Of a stretch of DNA of 64,000 nucleotides, positions 36,766 through 46,570 are shown one piece after another; positions within the stretch are counted from its first letter, which is position 1; the number at the start of each line of letters is the position of its first letter. The notes under the pieces were generated by a model. That model was not told the DNA's origin and ran no database searches. It worked only from the letters and a program-made list of their open reading frames with translations. The position numbers were made by a program, and so were the translations under genes. Origin of the DNA: an uncultured Planctomycetales bacterium (GTDB lineage Bacteria > Omnitrophota > Gorgyraeia > Zapsychrales > CAYRXT01); assembly GCA_964428315.1 (NCBI GenBank), contig CAYRXT010000012.1, positions 562 to 64,561 on the forward strand. Reading direction: 5' to 3'.

Positions 36766-37423
36766 TGCCTTTTTTGAGCGGACTGGATTGCATAAGACGA
36801 CGGCAGAGCTCGATATTTTTCCGCGGGCGGACGGCCTGTGGATCCAGAAAGGATGCCCTCTCGAAACAGCGGAGGGCCTTTTCGTAACGGCCTTCTTCCA
36901 TGAATACCACGCCCAGGTCATTAAGGACCGACATGCCGGCAGGATTAAGGGCAAGACTCAGGCGGTACATCTTTTCTGCTTCACGGTTGTTCCGGCGCAT
37001 GCGGAAGTTTTTCCCGATGGCGTAATAGGTCTCCGCCCTCCCCGGGTCCCGGAGCCCGAGAGGAATGAACGAAGCGAGCAGGGACGTGAGGCCGATGAGA
37101 CACAGAGCCAGCCCCACGGTTTTCCAGTTTTTCCGGCGGATGTCAGCGCAGAGGGTGAGCAGGCAGAAGGCGGAGAAGATCATCACGAACGGCATGGCCG
37201 GCATAAGATAGTGCGTTTTCATCTGGAAGAAAAAGATGAACGATTCTCCGAAGAGAAAGGCGTAAGCCAGAAGGAACCGCCGCGGCGTCCGCAGAGACAG
37301 GATCAGGCCTGGCAGGGAAAGGGTGAAGACGAGCGCTGAGGACAAGAGGGCAAAAGGTGTCATGCGGATATAGCGCTCAAAGGCATAAACGTCTTCGGTC
37401 CGCAGGAACTCGCGTCCGGTCAC
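36758..37423 (-). CDS. Membrane protein with C-terminal TPR repeats
   Basis: Four TM helices, then TPR (AETYYAIGKNFRMRRNNREAEKMYRLSLALNPAGMSVLNDLGVVFMEEGRYEKALRCFERA). The ORF-track N-terminus (to 37621) overlaps the PP2C gene and is probably an artefact. Start is set at GTG 37423 (RBS AGAGGA) or ATG 37363. Confidence 0.5.
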   Translation of the reverse strand: MTGREFLRTEDVYAFERYIRMTPFALLSSALVFTLSLPGLILSLRTPRRFLLAYAFLFGESFIFFFQMKTHYLMPAMPFVMIFSAFCLLTLCADIRRKNWKTVGLALCLIGLTSLLASFIPLGLRDPGRAETYYAIGKNFRMRRNNREAEKMYRLSLALNPAGMSVLNDLGVVFMEEGRYEKALRCFERASFLDPQAVRPRKNIELCRRLMQSSPLKKGIR

Positions 37424-37446
37424 GACGGTCAGGATTTTTCCTCTGC

Positions 37447-38226
37447 TTAATTTATAAAACGTAAGACAACGGCGGTGACGTTGTCGGCGGCGAAGTTTGC
37501 CAGCCGCCAGTCCACGAGGGTCCGCGCGTCGGCGCCCTGTTCCAGCAGGCGGATGATGTTTTCGGTCTCCCGGGCGGACCCGAAGTGTCCGGGGTCGGAT
37601 AACCCGTCGGTGGCCACGCAAATGAAACTGTTTCCGTTTAAAGGGATCTCGGCTGTTGCGGGAGAACGCGTGAGGATCTCATCGAGATGCCGGTCGCCGA
37701 GGGCCCGGCTCAACTGAAGGCCGTGGCTGCCGCGGATGGTTTGCACGAAGATATAGCTTCCGTCATAAACAGCGCCGCGTGAGACGGCGATCTTCCGTTC
37801 TTCTTCGTTGGTGCGGACGTTGTGGTCAGGGCCGGTATAGATCCGGCCGGAGGCGTCTTTGATGATAATCGGGGAATCGCCCAGCACGGCCGTATAGGCC
37901 TGCCGGCCGTTTCCGGGTACAAAGACCATGCTGAGCGATGATCCGGATCTTTCTTCTTTTGTCAGGTGGTGGAGTTCGGCCGTTGTGCGGATCATGACCT
38001 TGTCCATATCTTCGCCGATGATTGGGGCAAGGCGGTTATCAAAACAGGAAGGCAGGTGTTTTTGGATGAGCTCGGCAGTTTCGTATCCTCCGTGCCCGTC
38101 CATGACAGCCAGCAGCCACCCGCCCTCCGGGGCGCTTGGAGCGGGGGACACATGGTGCACCGCCAATCGGTCTTCCTGGCAGGGGCGTGGCCCCTGTTCG
38201 CTGGCGTGGGTGATCTGAAATACCAT
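37447..38226 (-). CDS. PP2C-family Ser/Thr protein phosphatase
   Basis: PP2C metal-binding motifs (LLAVMDGHGG; ICVATDGLSD) and size (259 aa). Confidence 0.85.
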   Translation of the reverse strand: MVFQITHASEQGPRPCQEDRLAVHHVSPAPSAPEGGWLLAVMDGHGGYETAELIQKHLPSCFDNRLAPIIGEDMDKVMIRTTAELHHLTKEERSGSSLSMVFVPGNGRQAYTAVLGDSPIIIKDASGRIYTGPDHNVRTNEEERKIAVSRGAVYDGSYIFVQTIRGSHGLQLSRALGDRHLDEILTRSPATAEIPLNGNSFICVATDGLSDPGHFGSARETENIIRLLEQGADARTLVDWRLANFAADNVTAVVLRFIN

Positions 38227-38381
38227 GGCGTCTCTCCGTGCCCATTGTACTACAAAAGCGGGTATTTGAAAGCCCTATAAAAGCCCTATAATAGAGAAGC
38301 TTTGTGCTGGAGAATTTGCGTTTGCAAAATGCGCACACGGTTTTAGAATAGGGCGTAATGTTGAAAAAGGAGGAGAAGGAT

Positions 38382-38528
38382 ATGGCCGAGGAACGATCAC
38401 AGGATACAGTCGAGCTTCTTCATGCGGTGAAGGCCGTGCACCGTAAGGTACGGTTTATTTATATTTCCAATCTTGTGTTATGGGTGCTGGTCATTCTTAT
38501 CGGGCTGTGCTTTATATTCAAACGCTGA
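38382..38528 (+). CDS. Small tail-anchored membrane protein (48 aa)
   Basis: Strong RBS AAAAAGGAGGAG 6 nt before ATG. Hydrophilic N-terminus and a single C-terminal TM helix (FIYISNLVLWVLVILIGLCFIF). It is below the ORF-track size cutoff. Confidence 0.35.
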   Translation: MAEERSQDTVELLHAVKAVHRKVRFIYISNLVLWVLVILIGLCFIFKR

Positions 38529-38548
38529 GGCAAAACGCTGGGGCCGTA

Positions 38549-38576
38549 TTGCGGATTTCGGAATTCGCGGTATAAT
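38549..38576 (+). promoter_or_regulatory. Candidate sigma-70 promoter, TTGCGG-N16-TATAAT
   Basis: The hexamers were read directly. It lies about 55 nt upstream of the dehydrogenase start. Confidence 0.4.
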
Positions 38577-38629
38577 AAACACCTGTCTTCCGCCTTATAA
38601 CCGTTAAAAGAAAGACTAAAGGAGCTGTT

Positions 38630-39838
38630 ATGCATGACGCATTGATTGAACAGGCGAAAGAGAAATTCGGGAATCTCGTCCGGGAACAACTTGAACGCGT
38701 TGAACACATGAAGGCCCACCGGGAGAAGACGGATTTTGCCACGCTGAAGCCCCTTTTTATCGGGGTCTGTTTTGGGGACGGGATCGGCGAGTTCATATCC
38801 AAACAGGCCGAACGCCTGCTCGCGCATGTCCTTCAAAAAGAGGTGGCCGCCGGCAAGGTGCAGTTCCGGGATATCAGAGGTCTGACCATCGAAAACCGCG
38901 CCCGGCACAAGAAGGCGATTCCCGACGGCGTTCTGGAGGAGATCAAGGCCTGCCATGTGATTCTCAAGGGGCCGACGACGACGCCCCAGGCGGGAGACGA
39001 ATGGCCGAACATCGAGAGCGCGAATGTGGCCATGCGCCGGCATCTGGACCTGTTCGCCAATGTCCGGCCTGTCAAGATCTCTAAAGAAGGGGTCGACTGG
39101 ACCTTTTTCCGGGAAAACACCGAAGGCGCCTATGTCCTGGGCTCGAGGGGATTCGACGTCTCGGAGGATTTGAGTTTTGATTTTAAGGTCATCACCGAAC
39201 AGGGGGCGGAGCGCATCATCCGGATGGCCTTTGAATACGCCAGGGCGAACGGCAAACAACGTGTCACGGCGGTCACCAAGAGCAACGTGGTCAAGACAAC
39301 AGACGGTCGGTTTTCGCGGGCGGCCAAACGGATCGCCGGTGAATACAAGGACATTGTACTCGATGAGTGGTACATCGACATCATGACGGCCAAGCTGATT
39401 GATCCGGCGCGGCGCCGGGAATTTCAGGTGATGGTCATGCCGAACCTTTACGGGGACATCCTTACCGACGAGGCCGCCCAGCTTCAGGGCGGGGTCGGGA
39501 CCGCCGGCAGCGCCAACATCGGCTGGCGGTGGGCGATGTTCGAGGCCATCCACGGCAGCGCGCCGCGCATGGTCAAAGAAGGCCGCGCCCGCTATGCCGA
39601 CCCCTCCTCCATGATCCGGGCGGCGGCCATGCTTTTGCGCCATATCGGTCATTCCGAGCAGGCCCGGAAAGTGGAGATGGCCCTGGAGGTGTGCGGGCAG
39701 TTCGAAAAAAAGGTGCAGATCACCGGGCGCGATAACGGCGCGGCCGGAGACGAATATACGGACTATCTTATTTCCTGGGTTGACAATCCCGGATTGCAAG
39801 ACCGCTGGAGCGAAGGCGCCGGACAGTCGCAATCATGA
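38630..39838 (+). CDS. Isocitrate/isopropylmalate dehydrogenase family protein (NAD-dependent IDH-like) with a ~40 aa N-terminal extension
   Basis: Conserved blocks are present: substrate-binding R/Y region, the metal-binding LYGDILTDEAAQLQGGVGTAGSANIG, and IHGSAP. Confidence 0.85.
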   Translation: MHDALIEQAKEKFGNLVREQLERVEHMKAHREKTDFATLKPLFIGVCFGDGIGEFISKQAERLLAHVLQKEVAAGKVQFRDIRGLTIENRARHKKAIPDGVLEEIKACHVILKGPTTTPQAGDEWPNIESANVAMRRHLDLFANVRPVKISKEGVDWTFFRENTEGAYVLGSRGFDVSEDLSFDFKVITEQGAERIIRMAFEYARANGKQRVTAVTKSNVVKTTDGRFSRAAKRIAGEYKDIVLDEWYIDIMTAKLIDPARRREFQVMVMPNLYGDILTDEAAQLQGGVGTAGSANIGWRWAMFEAIHGSAPRMVKEGRARYADPSSMIRAAAMLLRHIGHSEQARKVEMALEVCGQFEKKVQITGRDNGAAGDEYTDYLISWVDNPGLQDRWSEGAGQSQS

Positions 39839-39942
39839 GCGGACGTTGTCCCGTCGGGTCCGCGGGGACATCCGTCGGGAATTTTGTCCAATTAAAGAAG
39901 AACTTTTGATACGCCCGGCCGTTTCGTGATTTTTCTGCCTGC

Positions 39943-39970
39943 TTTACATCGAAAACCGTTATGGTAAAAT
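39943..39970 (+). promoter_or_regulatory. Candidate sigma-70 promoter, TTTACA-N16-TAAAAT
   Basis: Read directly. It lies about 57 nt upstream of the Na/Pi cotransporter start. Confidence 0.4.
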
Positions 39971-40026
39971 GGAATCAATCAAATCCCTGCCAAAATAATG
40001 TAGTGAATTAAGGAGAATCACGCGCA

Positions 40027-41709
40027 ATGAAAGAGATTGTGTTCGGACTCGCGGGCGGGCTCGGGCTGTTTGTTTTCGGTATGAAGTATCTGTCGGACGG
40101 CATGCAGAAGGTCGCCGGCACGAAGCTCCGCCGCATTTTGAGATCCTTGACGCAGAACCGTTTACGCGGCGCAGCCCTGGGGACGATGGTCACAAGCGTA
40201 ATCCAGAGCAGCAGCGTGACAACCGTCATCCTAGTCGGCTTGATCAATGCCGGAGTTATCAGCCTCATGCAGTCGGCCAGCGTCATTATCGGAGCCAATA
40301 TCGGGACGACCATTACGGCGCAGATCATTGCCTTTAAGATTTCCCAGTACGCCCTGCCCGCCATCGGGGTCGGCGTGGCCATGATGCTGATGTCTCGGAA
40401 GAAAAAGACGCAGTTCTGGGGGCAGGTCATCCTGTCTCTCGGCATGGTCTTTTTGGGCCTGTCGACGATGTCGGGCGTTATGAAACCGATGAAAGATTAT
40501 CCTGCTGTCCTGGATTTCTTTGTTTCTCTCAGCGACAAACCGGTCCTGGCCATACTCCTGGGAGTCGTCTTTACGGTGATGGTCCAGTCCAGCAGCGCGT
40601 CCATCGGGCTGGTCCTGGCACTGGCCAGCGCGGGACTGATCGATTTCCAGGCCTCGCTCTTTCTGATCCTCGGCGACAACATAGGAACGACGGTGACGGC
40701 CTGGCTGGCGAGCATCGGGGGGAGCACTTCGGCCAAACGCATGGCATGTTTTCACAGCATCTTCAATATCGTCGGTGTGGCCTATTTTGCTTTCCTTGTC
40801 TATTCTGGTGTTTATCCCAAATTCATTGATTTGATCACACCGGGCGCGGTGACGAGCGAGACGATCGCGCGGCATATCGCCAACGCGCATACCTGCTTCA
40901 ATGTCTTTAACGGCATGGTGTTTATTTTTGTTATGGGGCCGATCGTGCGTTTTATCGAGCGGATTATTCCCGGCCGAGATATGTATGTCTCGACGGAATT
41001 CAAATATCTCCAGGACAAGCTGTTGTCGAGCCCGGAAATCGCCATCGACAGCGCCAAAAAGGAGCTGGCTGTTATGGGACAGCTGGTTCAGAAGACGGTG
41101 AAGACGGGGGTGGAGGGATTTTTCTCGCGGGATAACAAGTCCATACCGCATGTCCATACCCAGGAAAGCGCGACGGATCATCTCCAGCATGACATAACTT
41201 TCTATCTGGCGAAGCTGGCTACCCAAGAGCTGACGAGCGAGCTGGGCGGACAGCTGCCCGCGTTGCTGCATTCAATCAATGACATGGAACGGATTGGCGA
41301 TCATGCCATGAACATCGCCGAGTTAACCGAACGCGTCTATTCCGACAACCTGGTCTTTTCCAATAAGGCCATGGCGGAGATGCGCACCTTTTACGGCAAG
41401 ATCGAAGACATGTTCGATGACGCGCTGAGGACACTCGAGAAGGGTGACAGAAATGCGGCCGACAGGGTGATGCATTACGAAGGCCAGGTGAACATGATGC
41501 AGCGAGAATTCCTTGACAACCATTCACAGCGCCTCTGTCAGGGTAAATGCGATCCGCACAGCGCGCTGGTCTTTGTCGATTTTGTCAACAACTTGGAGAA
41601 GATCGGGGATCATCTGACCAATGTCGTCCAGGCCTCACGCGGCGGGTTCGCGATGGAGGGTATGGGAGACGAGGACGAGCAATACACGCCGGTAGGCTCT
41701 TCCGGCTGA
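40027..41709 (+). CDS. Na+/phosphate cotransporter family protein (NptA-like) with C-terminal PhoU-like domains
   Basis: Duplicated Na_Pi_cotrans repeat (QSSSVTTVILVGL...; QSSSASIGLVLAL...). The cytoplasmic C-terminus has PhoU-like helical repeats (INDMERIGDHAMNIAEL; VNNLEKIGDHLTNV). Confidence 0.85.
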   Translation: MKEIVFGLAGGLGLFVFGMKYLSDGMQKVAGTKLRRILRSLTQNRLRGAALGTMVTSVIQSSSVTTVILVGLINAGVISLMQSASVIIGANIGTTITAQIIAFKISQYALPAIGVGVAMMLMSRKKKTQFWGQVILSLGMVFLGLSTMSGVMKPMKDYPAVLDFFVSLSDKPVLAILLGVVFTVMVQSSSASIGLVLALASAGLIDFQASLFLILGDNIGTTVTAWLASIGGSTSAKRMACFHSIFNIVGVAYFAFLVYSGVYPKFIDLITPGAVTSETIARHIANAHTCFNVFNGMVFIFVMGPIVRFIERIIPGRDMYVSTEFKYLQDKLLSSPEIAIDSAKKELAVMGQLVQKTVKTGVEGFFSRDNKSIPHVHTQESATDHLQHDITFYLAKLATQELTSELGGQLPALLHSINDMERIGDHAMNIAELTERVYSDNLVFSNKAMAEMRTFYGKIEDMFDDALRTLEKGDRNAADRVMHYEGQVNMMQREFLDNHSQRLCQGKCDPHSALVFVDFVNNLEKIGDHLTNVVQASRGGFAMEGMGDEDEQYTPVGSSG

Positions 41710-41728
41710 GGGGATTAAAGTAATAAAC

Positions 41729-41777
41729 GGCCCCCTTCCCCTCCGCTTAAAGCGGAGGGGTAGGGGGCCGTTTTTTT
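41729..41777. terminator. Bidirectional rho-independent terminator
   Basis: GGCCCCCTTCCCCTCCGC-TTAA-GCGGAGGGGTAGGGGGCC followed by TTTTTTT. It sits between convergent genes. Confidence 0.75.
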
Positions 41778-41787
41778 AACAGCCAGC

Positions 41788-44133
41788 TTAGTAATGTCTC
41801 CGGGGCCTTCGGGTCAAGAGGGCCGTCAGTGCCAGGAGGCTCAGGAACGAAACAGCTATCCCCCAATAAAACGCGACGGGAACGAACCGGAAACGGATGA
41901 CATGCGTCCCGGACGGGACGAAGACGGCCCGCAGGAGATGATTGGCGGGGAAAACCCGCGTCTCCTTGCCGTCGAGGGCGGCCCGCCAGTCGGGATGGTA
42001 GGTGTCCGCCAAGACGACAAACCCGGAATTCTCCATATCCGCGGCGAGAACGACTTCATTGGGCGAATACTGGACTAAGGTGACTTTCGAGTTGTCTTTG
42101 AGCGGCGCGCGGAGTGTGTCCCGAATGATGGCGGGGACGGGAGGATGCGTGACCACGATGCCTTTGGAAAAATTCCCGAACAATCTTTTCATATGGTTGA
42201 ATGCCGATGTCTTTGATTCGACGAAGACGGCCCGGTGGACAATAAATGCCCGGGGAAAACTGGAGTTGTGGCGGTAGATATTGACTTCCCGCGAGTAAAT
42301 GGGAGTGTCCTGAAGCGGCGGCATTTTTTCCATGATCTCTCTTGCCGAAGGGGAAGGCGAGACGGTGTATTTAAGATTCAGGATGTCCAGAAAGGCATGT
42401 TTGTCCGATGGGCGACTGAGCGGGACAACAAAAAAGGCGCTGCGTTCGGTATCTTTATCGAAATAATCGGGAAAGATAAATTCGTTGACGTATTCGACGA
42501 ATCTTTTCATTAAAAGCCCTTGGTTGATGCTGAGATCATCGATACGGTATCCGGTGGCCGTATTGGGATAGAGCGTCCAGAGGATCCCGTAGACCCGCTC
42601 GCGTTCGGCTAGCGTCTTGAGGCGCTCGATATACGGAACCCGGGGAAATGAATCGTAGCGCTTCACCCGTCCGCCCGGAATATAGAGGAAGATTTCCGCG
42701 AGGAGCAGGAAAACGATGATCCAGGAAGCCGAACCCGCGACTCTTCCGCGAAAAACGACGGCGGCGTTAAAGGCGGCCAGAATGATCAATCCCGTCACGG
42801 TAGCTTTGACCGAAAGCATAAAGTGTCCGGCTCCCCGGTAATGAACAAGTCCCTCAAGGGCGAGGGCGAGGAGGATCGCGCTGAAAACGGCCGCCGCCGG
42901 CCAAAGACGGAATCGTTTCGCCATCCATACGCGTATCCCCATGCCGGCCAGGATAGAGAATGAAAAGGCAAAGAGGTGTGGGGTGTGAAAATAAAAACGC
43001 AGTATCCGCAGGACAGGAAGATGTCCGACCCAGTTGGTCAACGGGAAGTCAAGATAATTCTTGGCGAAGAGAAGAAAAACAGCTGCGGCAAAAAAATAGT
43101 TCAGCCCCTGGCGCTGGCGTCTGACCAGGCTGATGGCTGCCAGCCCCGATGGAAATATCCCGATATACCCCCACCAGTTCGGCCGGGAGAAATCAAGCGT
43201 CACCGGCACGTCCTGGACGAAATGGGGGAAAAAGAATCCCAGGACGGATTCCCGTATAATGGGCTGGCCCTCCACCTCTGCCCCCATAAAGGGCTGATGG
43301 GCGTGCCAGAACGCAACCAGCCAATCCCGCAGAAAAGGGAAAAAGACCGCCGCGCCCAGGCCGATACCCAGGGCGTAAGCGCCTCCCAGACGAAGAACGG
43401 CCTTGGCGCGCCGCGGCCTCGGGCGGACGGTTAACGACCGGAACCAGAAGTAAAGAAAGCCCATGCCGTTGACCAGAAGGACATGCTCGGGATGTCCCGC
43501 ATAAAATGTCATGGCCACGCCTGCGGCGGCCAGCCCCATACGGCGGTTGTCGGGCGAGCGGATAAGCCGTTCAATAAAGAGAAGAAGGAGGGGAGTGAGG
43601 ATCTCCACGTTGGCAAAACCGTACTGGAGAACCACCATCGGACCGCTGAGCATATAACAGACGCCTGCGCCGAAAGAAGGGATGCGGCCGAAACGGAGCC
43701 CCCGCATGAAAAGATAAGTGAAAAGACCGGCCAGGAGGAACCGGCAGAGGATCAGGGCGTCCCACCCGTAGGCCGACGGCAGAAAATAAAGCAGGAAATT
43801 CAGCGGCCAGAAAAAACCCAGGTGCATCATGCTGATGAAAGGATACCCGCAGCCCTGATGGGGATTCCATAACGGAAAGAAGCCTTCCCGGAGGCAACCC
43901 TTGATAAAGGCGTACATCGGCTCTTCCATGAAAGAGGTCGTTGTGCTCTGGACGGGGAAAAAGGCGGGCTTGTTGTCCTCCTGGCCCAAGGGACCTGAAT
44001 AGAGCGCCTGCGGATTGCCGGTTCCGATCTTAAAGGTGTGTCCCGAAAAGACAACGTCCGAGAAACAAAGGGCCAGAACAAAAGCGAAAAGGAGGACTAT
44101 GAGGCTGTATTCTTTGAAAAGGGAACGTTTCAT
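41788..44133 (-). CDS. YfhO-family GT-C-fold membrane glycosyltransferase
   Basis: 781 aa. About 14 TM helices, then a periplasmic C-terminal domain and a final TM. The C-terminal block LADTYHPDWRAALDGKETRV resembles the YfhO YyPGWkA motif. Architecture matches YfhO. Confidence 0.65.
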   Translation of the reverse strand: MKRSLFKEYSLIVLLFAFVLALCFSDVVFSGHTFKIGTGNPQALYSGPLGQEDNKPAFFPVQSTTTSFMEEPMYAFIKGCLREGFFPLWNPHQGCGYPFISMMHLGFFWPLNFLLYFLPSAYGWDALILCRFLLAGLFTYLFMRGLRFGRIPSFGAGVCYMLSGPMVVLQYGFANVEILTPLLLLFIERLIRSPDNRRMGLAAAGVAMTFYAGHPEHVLLVNGMGFLYFWFRSLTVRPRPRRAKAVLRLGGAYALGIGLGAAVFFPFLRDWLVAFWHAHQPFMGAEVEGQPIIRESVLGFFFPHFVQDVPVTLDFSRPNWWGYIGIFPSGLAAISLVRRQRQGLNYFFAAAVFLLFAKNYLDFPLTNWVGHLPVLRILRFYFHTPHLFAFSFSILAGMGIRVWMAKRFRLWPAAAVFSAILLALALEGLVHYRGAGHFMLSVKATVTGLIILAAFNAAVVFRGRVAGSASWIIVFLLLAEIFLYIPGGRVKRYDSFPRVPYIERLKTLAERERVYGILWTLYPNTATGYRIDDLSINQGLLMKRFVEYVNEFIFPDYFDKDTERSAFFVVPLSRPSDKHAFLDILNLKYTVSPSPSAREIMEKMPPLQDTPIYSREVNIYRHNSSFPRAFIVHRAVFVESKTSAFNHMKRLFGNFSKGIVVTHPPVPAIIRDTLRAPLKDNSKVTLVQYSPNEVVLAADMENSGFVVLADTYHPDWRAALDGKETRVFPANHLLRAVFVPSGTHVIRFRFVPVAFYWGIAVSFLSLLALTALLTRRPRRHY

Positions 44134-44290
44134 AGGATCAAAGTGAAGAGCATGATTTTGAATGACTTTATATTACAAGGCGAAGAGTTGTCTTTCAAGC
44201 CGATTCTTCGGGACGAAAAGAACATATTTTTTATGCAATTTTTCCCGAAATGTTTTACAATGAGCAATAGGTCATATCGCTTACGGCTCA

Positions 44291-45532
44291 ATGGGATGTT
44301 GCGGCGTAACACTTGACGCCCTCCCGCTGAGATTTTCGGGCAATCCCAAAAAACATTCTGTCGTGAACCAAAAAGACGCAAGACCCGCAAATTACAATTA
44401 TCTGAAAATCCTGAAAGACTTTCTGGGCGGCAGTCTGGATAGGGTCTTCAACGGTGAGATCGTCTATCCCCGTCAGCTCGAGATCCATCTGCCCTCTAAC
44501 AAGAAGGTCGCCTGCGATTTCCACTGTTACTGGTGCCAGGGCGGCAAACTCGACCAGACCCTGGCGATGGATGAAGAGAAGGCCCTGCGGTTGGTCGATG
44601 AGATCGGTCCGGGGAAATGCGAGTATTACATTTACGGGGGTGCCTATACCGAGCCGCTGTTGAATCCGTACATGATGGATTTCCTGCGTGTCACCAAAAA
44701 GCATAAGGTGCTTTTCGGCATCCATACCAACGGCTCTCAGCTTAAACCCCTGGAGGAAAAGAGCGGTTTTCTCAGCGAGGCCTTTGCGATGATGGAGCAT
44801 AAGGACTATATCTCTGTGAGCCTGGACGCCGGCCGGCCCGAGAGCCACATGAAGACCAAAAATCTCAAACACAACGTCTTTGACCAGATCATTGAGGGCA
44901 TCCGTATGATGACCGAACGCCGTGACCGCAATCCCGAGCGGCCGGCGGTGCGCGTATGTTATTTGCTGAACAAGTTCAATTCATCAGCAGGGGAGCTGGA
45001 GGGCATGGTGCGGCTCGCCCGTGAACTGCGGGTGGACTCCCTGCGGTTCTCCATCCCCTACGACCATTACGGGAAGAATTTCGGGAAGGTCCGTGACTAC
45101 AAAAAAAACGTGGAGATCCCGCAGAACGAAATCTACGAAGAACGTCTGCGGCCCATTGTCTCCCGGAGCCCTTCGGAACGTCCGTATGTTTTTTATTTCC
45201 CCCCGGAGAACCAGGACGTCGACCGGATGAATTTCAGGCAGTGCGTGTACACGTATTACCAGATCACCCTGGCCGCCGACGGCAATGTCTACCGGTGTTC
45301 CAGCATCGCGTCACCGACTTTTTCTCACGGCATCGTCGGCCCTATCCCGGATTCCAAACGTGAATTCGAGGAAATGATCATACGCGCCCAGGATGCCCGG
45401 TTCGACTGTAATACATGCTGGAAGGCCGGCGCCCGCTGCAACCGTATGGCCCTGGAGATCAACAGCGCCTTCAATGCCGGGAGGGAGGAGCAGGAACCCG
45501 AACCCCTATCGCAAGATCCCGCTTATCGATGA
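44291..45532 (+). CDS. Radical SAM enzyme (sugar/cofactor-modifying type, with additional C-terminal Cys cluster)
   Basis: CDFHCYWC is a CxxxCxxC 4Fe-4S/SAM motif. A GGE-like SAM motif (YIYGGAYTEPLL) is present. C-terminal CNTCWKAGARCN suggests an auxiliary (twitch/SPASM-like) cluster. Confidence 0.75.
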   Translation: MGCCGVTLDALPLRFSGNPKKHSVVNQKDARPANYNYLKILKDFLGGSLDRVFNGEIVYPRQLEIHLPSNKKVACDFHCYWCQGGKLDQTLAMDEEKALRLVDEIGPGKCEYYIYGGAYTEPLLNPYMMDFLRVTKKHKVLFGIHTNGSQLKPLEEKSGFLSEAFAMMEHKDYISVSLDAGRPESHMKTKNLKHNVFDQIIEGIRMMTERRDRNPERPAVRVCYLLNKFNSSAGELEGMVRLARELRVDSLRFSIPYDHYGKNFGKVRDYKKNVEIPQNEIYEERLRPIVSRSPSERPYVFYFPPENQDVDRMNFRQCVYTYYQITLAADGNVYRCSSIASPTFSHGIVGPIPDSKREFEEMIIRAQDARFDCNTCWKAGARCNRMALEINSAFNAGREEQEPEPLSQDPAYR

Positions 45533-46503
45533 CAAAACATCGCGTCGCCCTGATCGGGTACGGTTATTGGGGAAAAAAACTCTTCGGTTATCTTAAAGAA
45601 AACCAGGCGTCCCGCCCCGTCTTCGTGCATTTCCGGTCTCTCAAAAAAATGCCGCCGCGACAGATCGCCGCCGAGTACGGCCCGGAGTTCATCCCTTCAT
45701 GCGGACAGATCTGGGAAGACACGGCGGTCGACAGCGTCATTCTCGCCACCCCCATCGATTCTCATTACCGTTTGGTCAAGGAGGCCTTGTCCCGCGGCAA
45801 GCACGTGCTTTGCGAAAAACCTCTCGCCTTAAGGCGGACCGAGGCTGAGGAACTGCGGTCCCTGGCCCGCCGGAAAGGTCTCGTCCTTATGACGGATTAC
45901 ACGTACACCTTTTCCCGGGCCGTGCACAAGGCATTGGCGGTTATCCGGGATAACGGCATTGGCACGATGGAAAAAATCGCCGTACGCCTGCTTCAGCCGG
46001 GACGGTTTACGGGATTCGACGTCTTCGCCCTGCTTGGTGTCCACGCCCTTTCGGTCATAGGCATGACTGTGGACCTGGACGCGTGTGTTTTTAAAGACGT
46101 TAAACCATCCAGGTATCAGGACGGACTGGTTTCGGAGGCGGCGGTGCATTTCGAGAAAGACCATAAGCGAAGCCGAAGCCGGGTGTCCGGCGAGATCCGG
46201 CTCAGCCTCCATCATCCGCAGAAAGAAAAAACGTTTATCTTTACCGGATCTGAAGGAGAGATCCGGTATTCTCCTCTGCAAAAAAATCCATTGATGTTCC
46301 GACGGACAGCAGGGGTTGGCCGGTCTCCGGAAACCGGTGCCGCCGAAAACTCTGCATTTGACGAAGGACACAATCTCCGTTTCGCACTGGAAGAATTCTT
46401 CGCGGCGGTCAATGGGGAAAGGGCCGACAACCTGGATTTTTCAGTCGCCGTGACTGGCGCAATGGAGCGCATAGTCAAAAAGGCTTCACGTGGCAAGTGT
46501 TAG
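45529..46503 (+). CDS. Gfo/Idh/MocA family NAD(P)-dependent oxidoreductase
   Basis: ATGA overlap with the rSAM gene. HRVALIGYGYWGKK is a Rossmann motif. The EKPLA consensus block (VLCEKPLALR) is present. Confidence 0.8.
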   Translation: MTKHRVALIGYGYWGKKLFGYLKENQASRPVFVHFRSLKKMPPRQIAAEYGPEFIPSCGQIWEDTAVDSVILATPIDSHYRLVKEALSRGKHVLCEKPLALRRTEAEELRSLARRKGLVLMTDYTYTFSRAVHKALAVIRDNGIGTMEKIAVRLLQPGRFTGFDVFALLGVHALSVIGMTVDLDACVFKDVKPSRYQDGLVSEAAVHFEKDHKRSRSRVSGEIRLSLHHPQKEKTFIFTGSEGEIRYSPLQKNPLMFRRTAGVGRSPETGAAENSAFDEGHNLRFALEEFFAAVNGERADNLDFSVAVTGAMERIVKKASRGKC

Positions 46504-46570
46504 GTACATGCTTAAGCGGCAGGCCTTATGGAACCATGTCTCTTGAAATCGGACGCCTTCTGGTTATATT

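Noticed and set aside
37424-37621. N-terminal 66 codons of ORF 36758-37621
   Set aside because: It overlaps the 3' end of the PP2C gene and is Arg/Pro-rich nonsense. A GTG with RBS at 37423 follows the PP2C stop.
38459-39832. 457-aa minus-strand ORF antisense to the IDH-family gene
   Set aside because: It is the mirror frame of a conserved dehydrogenase. It has no motifs and a Gly/Arg/Pro-rich translation.
40231-41271. 346-aa minus-strand ORF antisense to the Na/Pi cotransporter
   Set aside because: Same reasoning. The cotransporter has duplicated QSSS repeats and PhoU-like domains.
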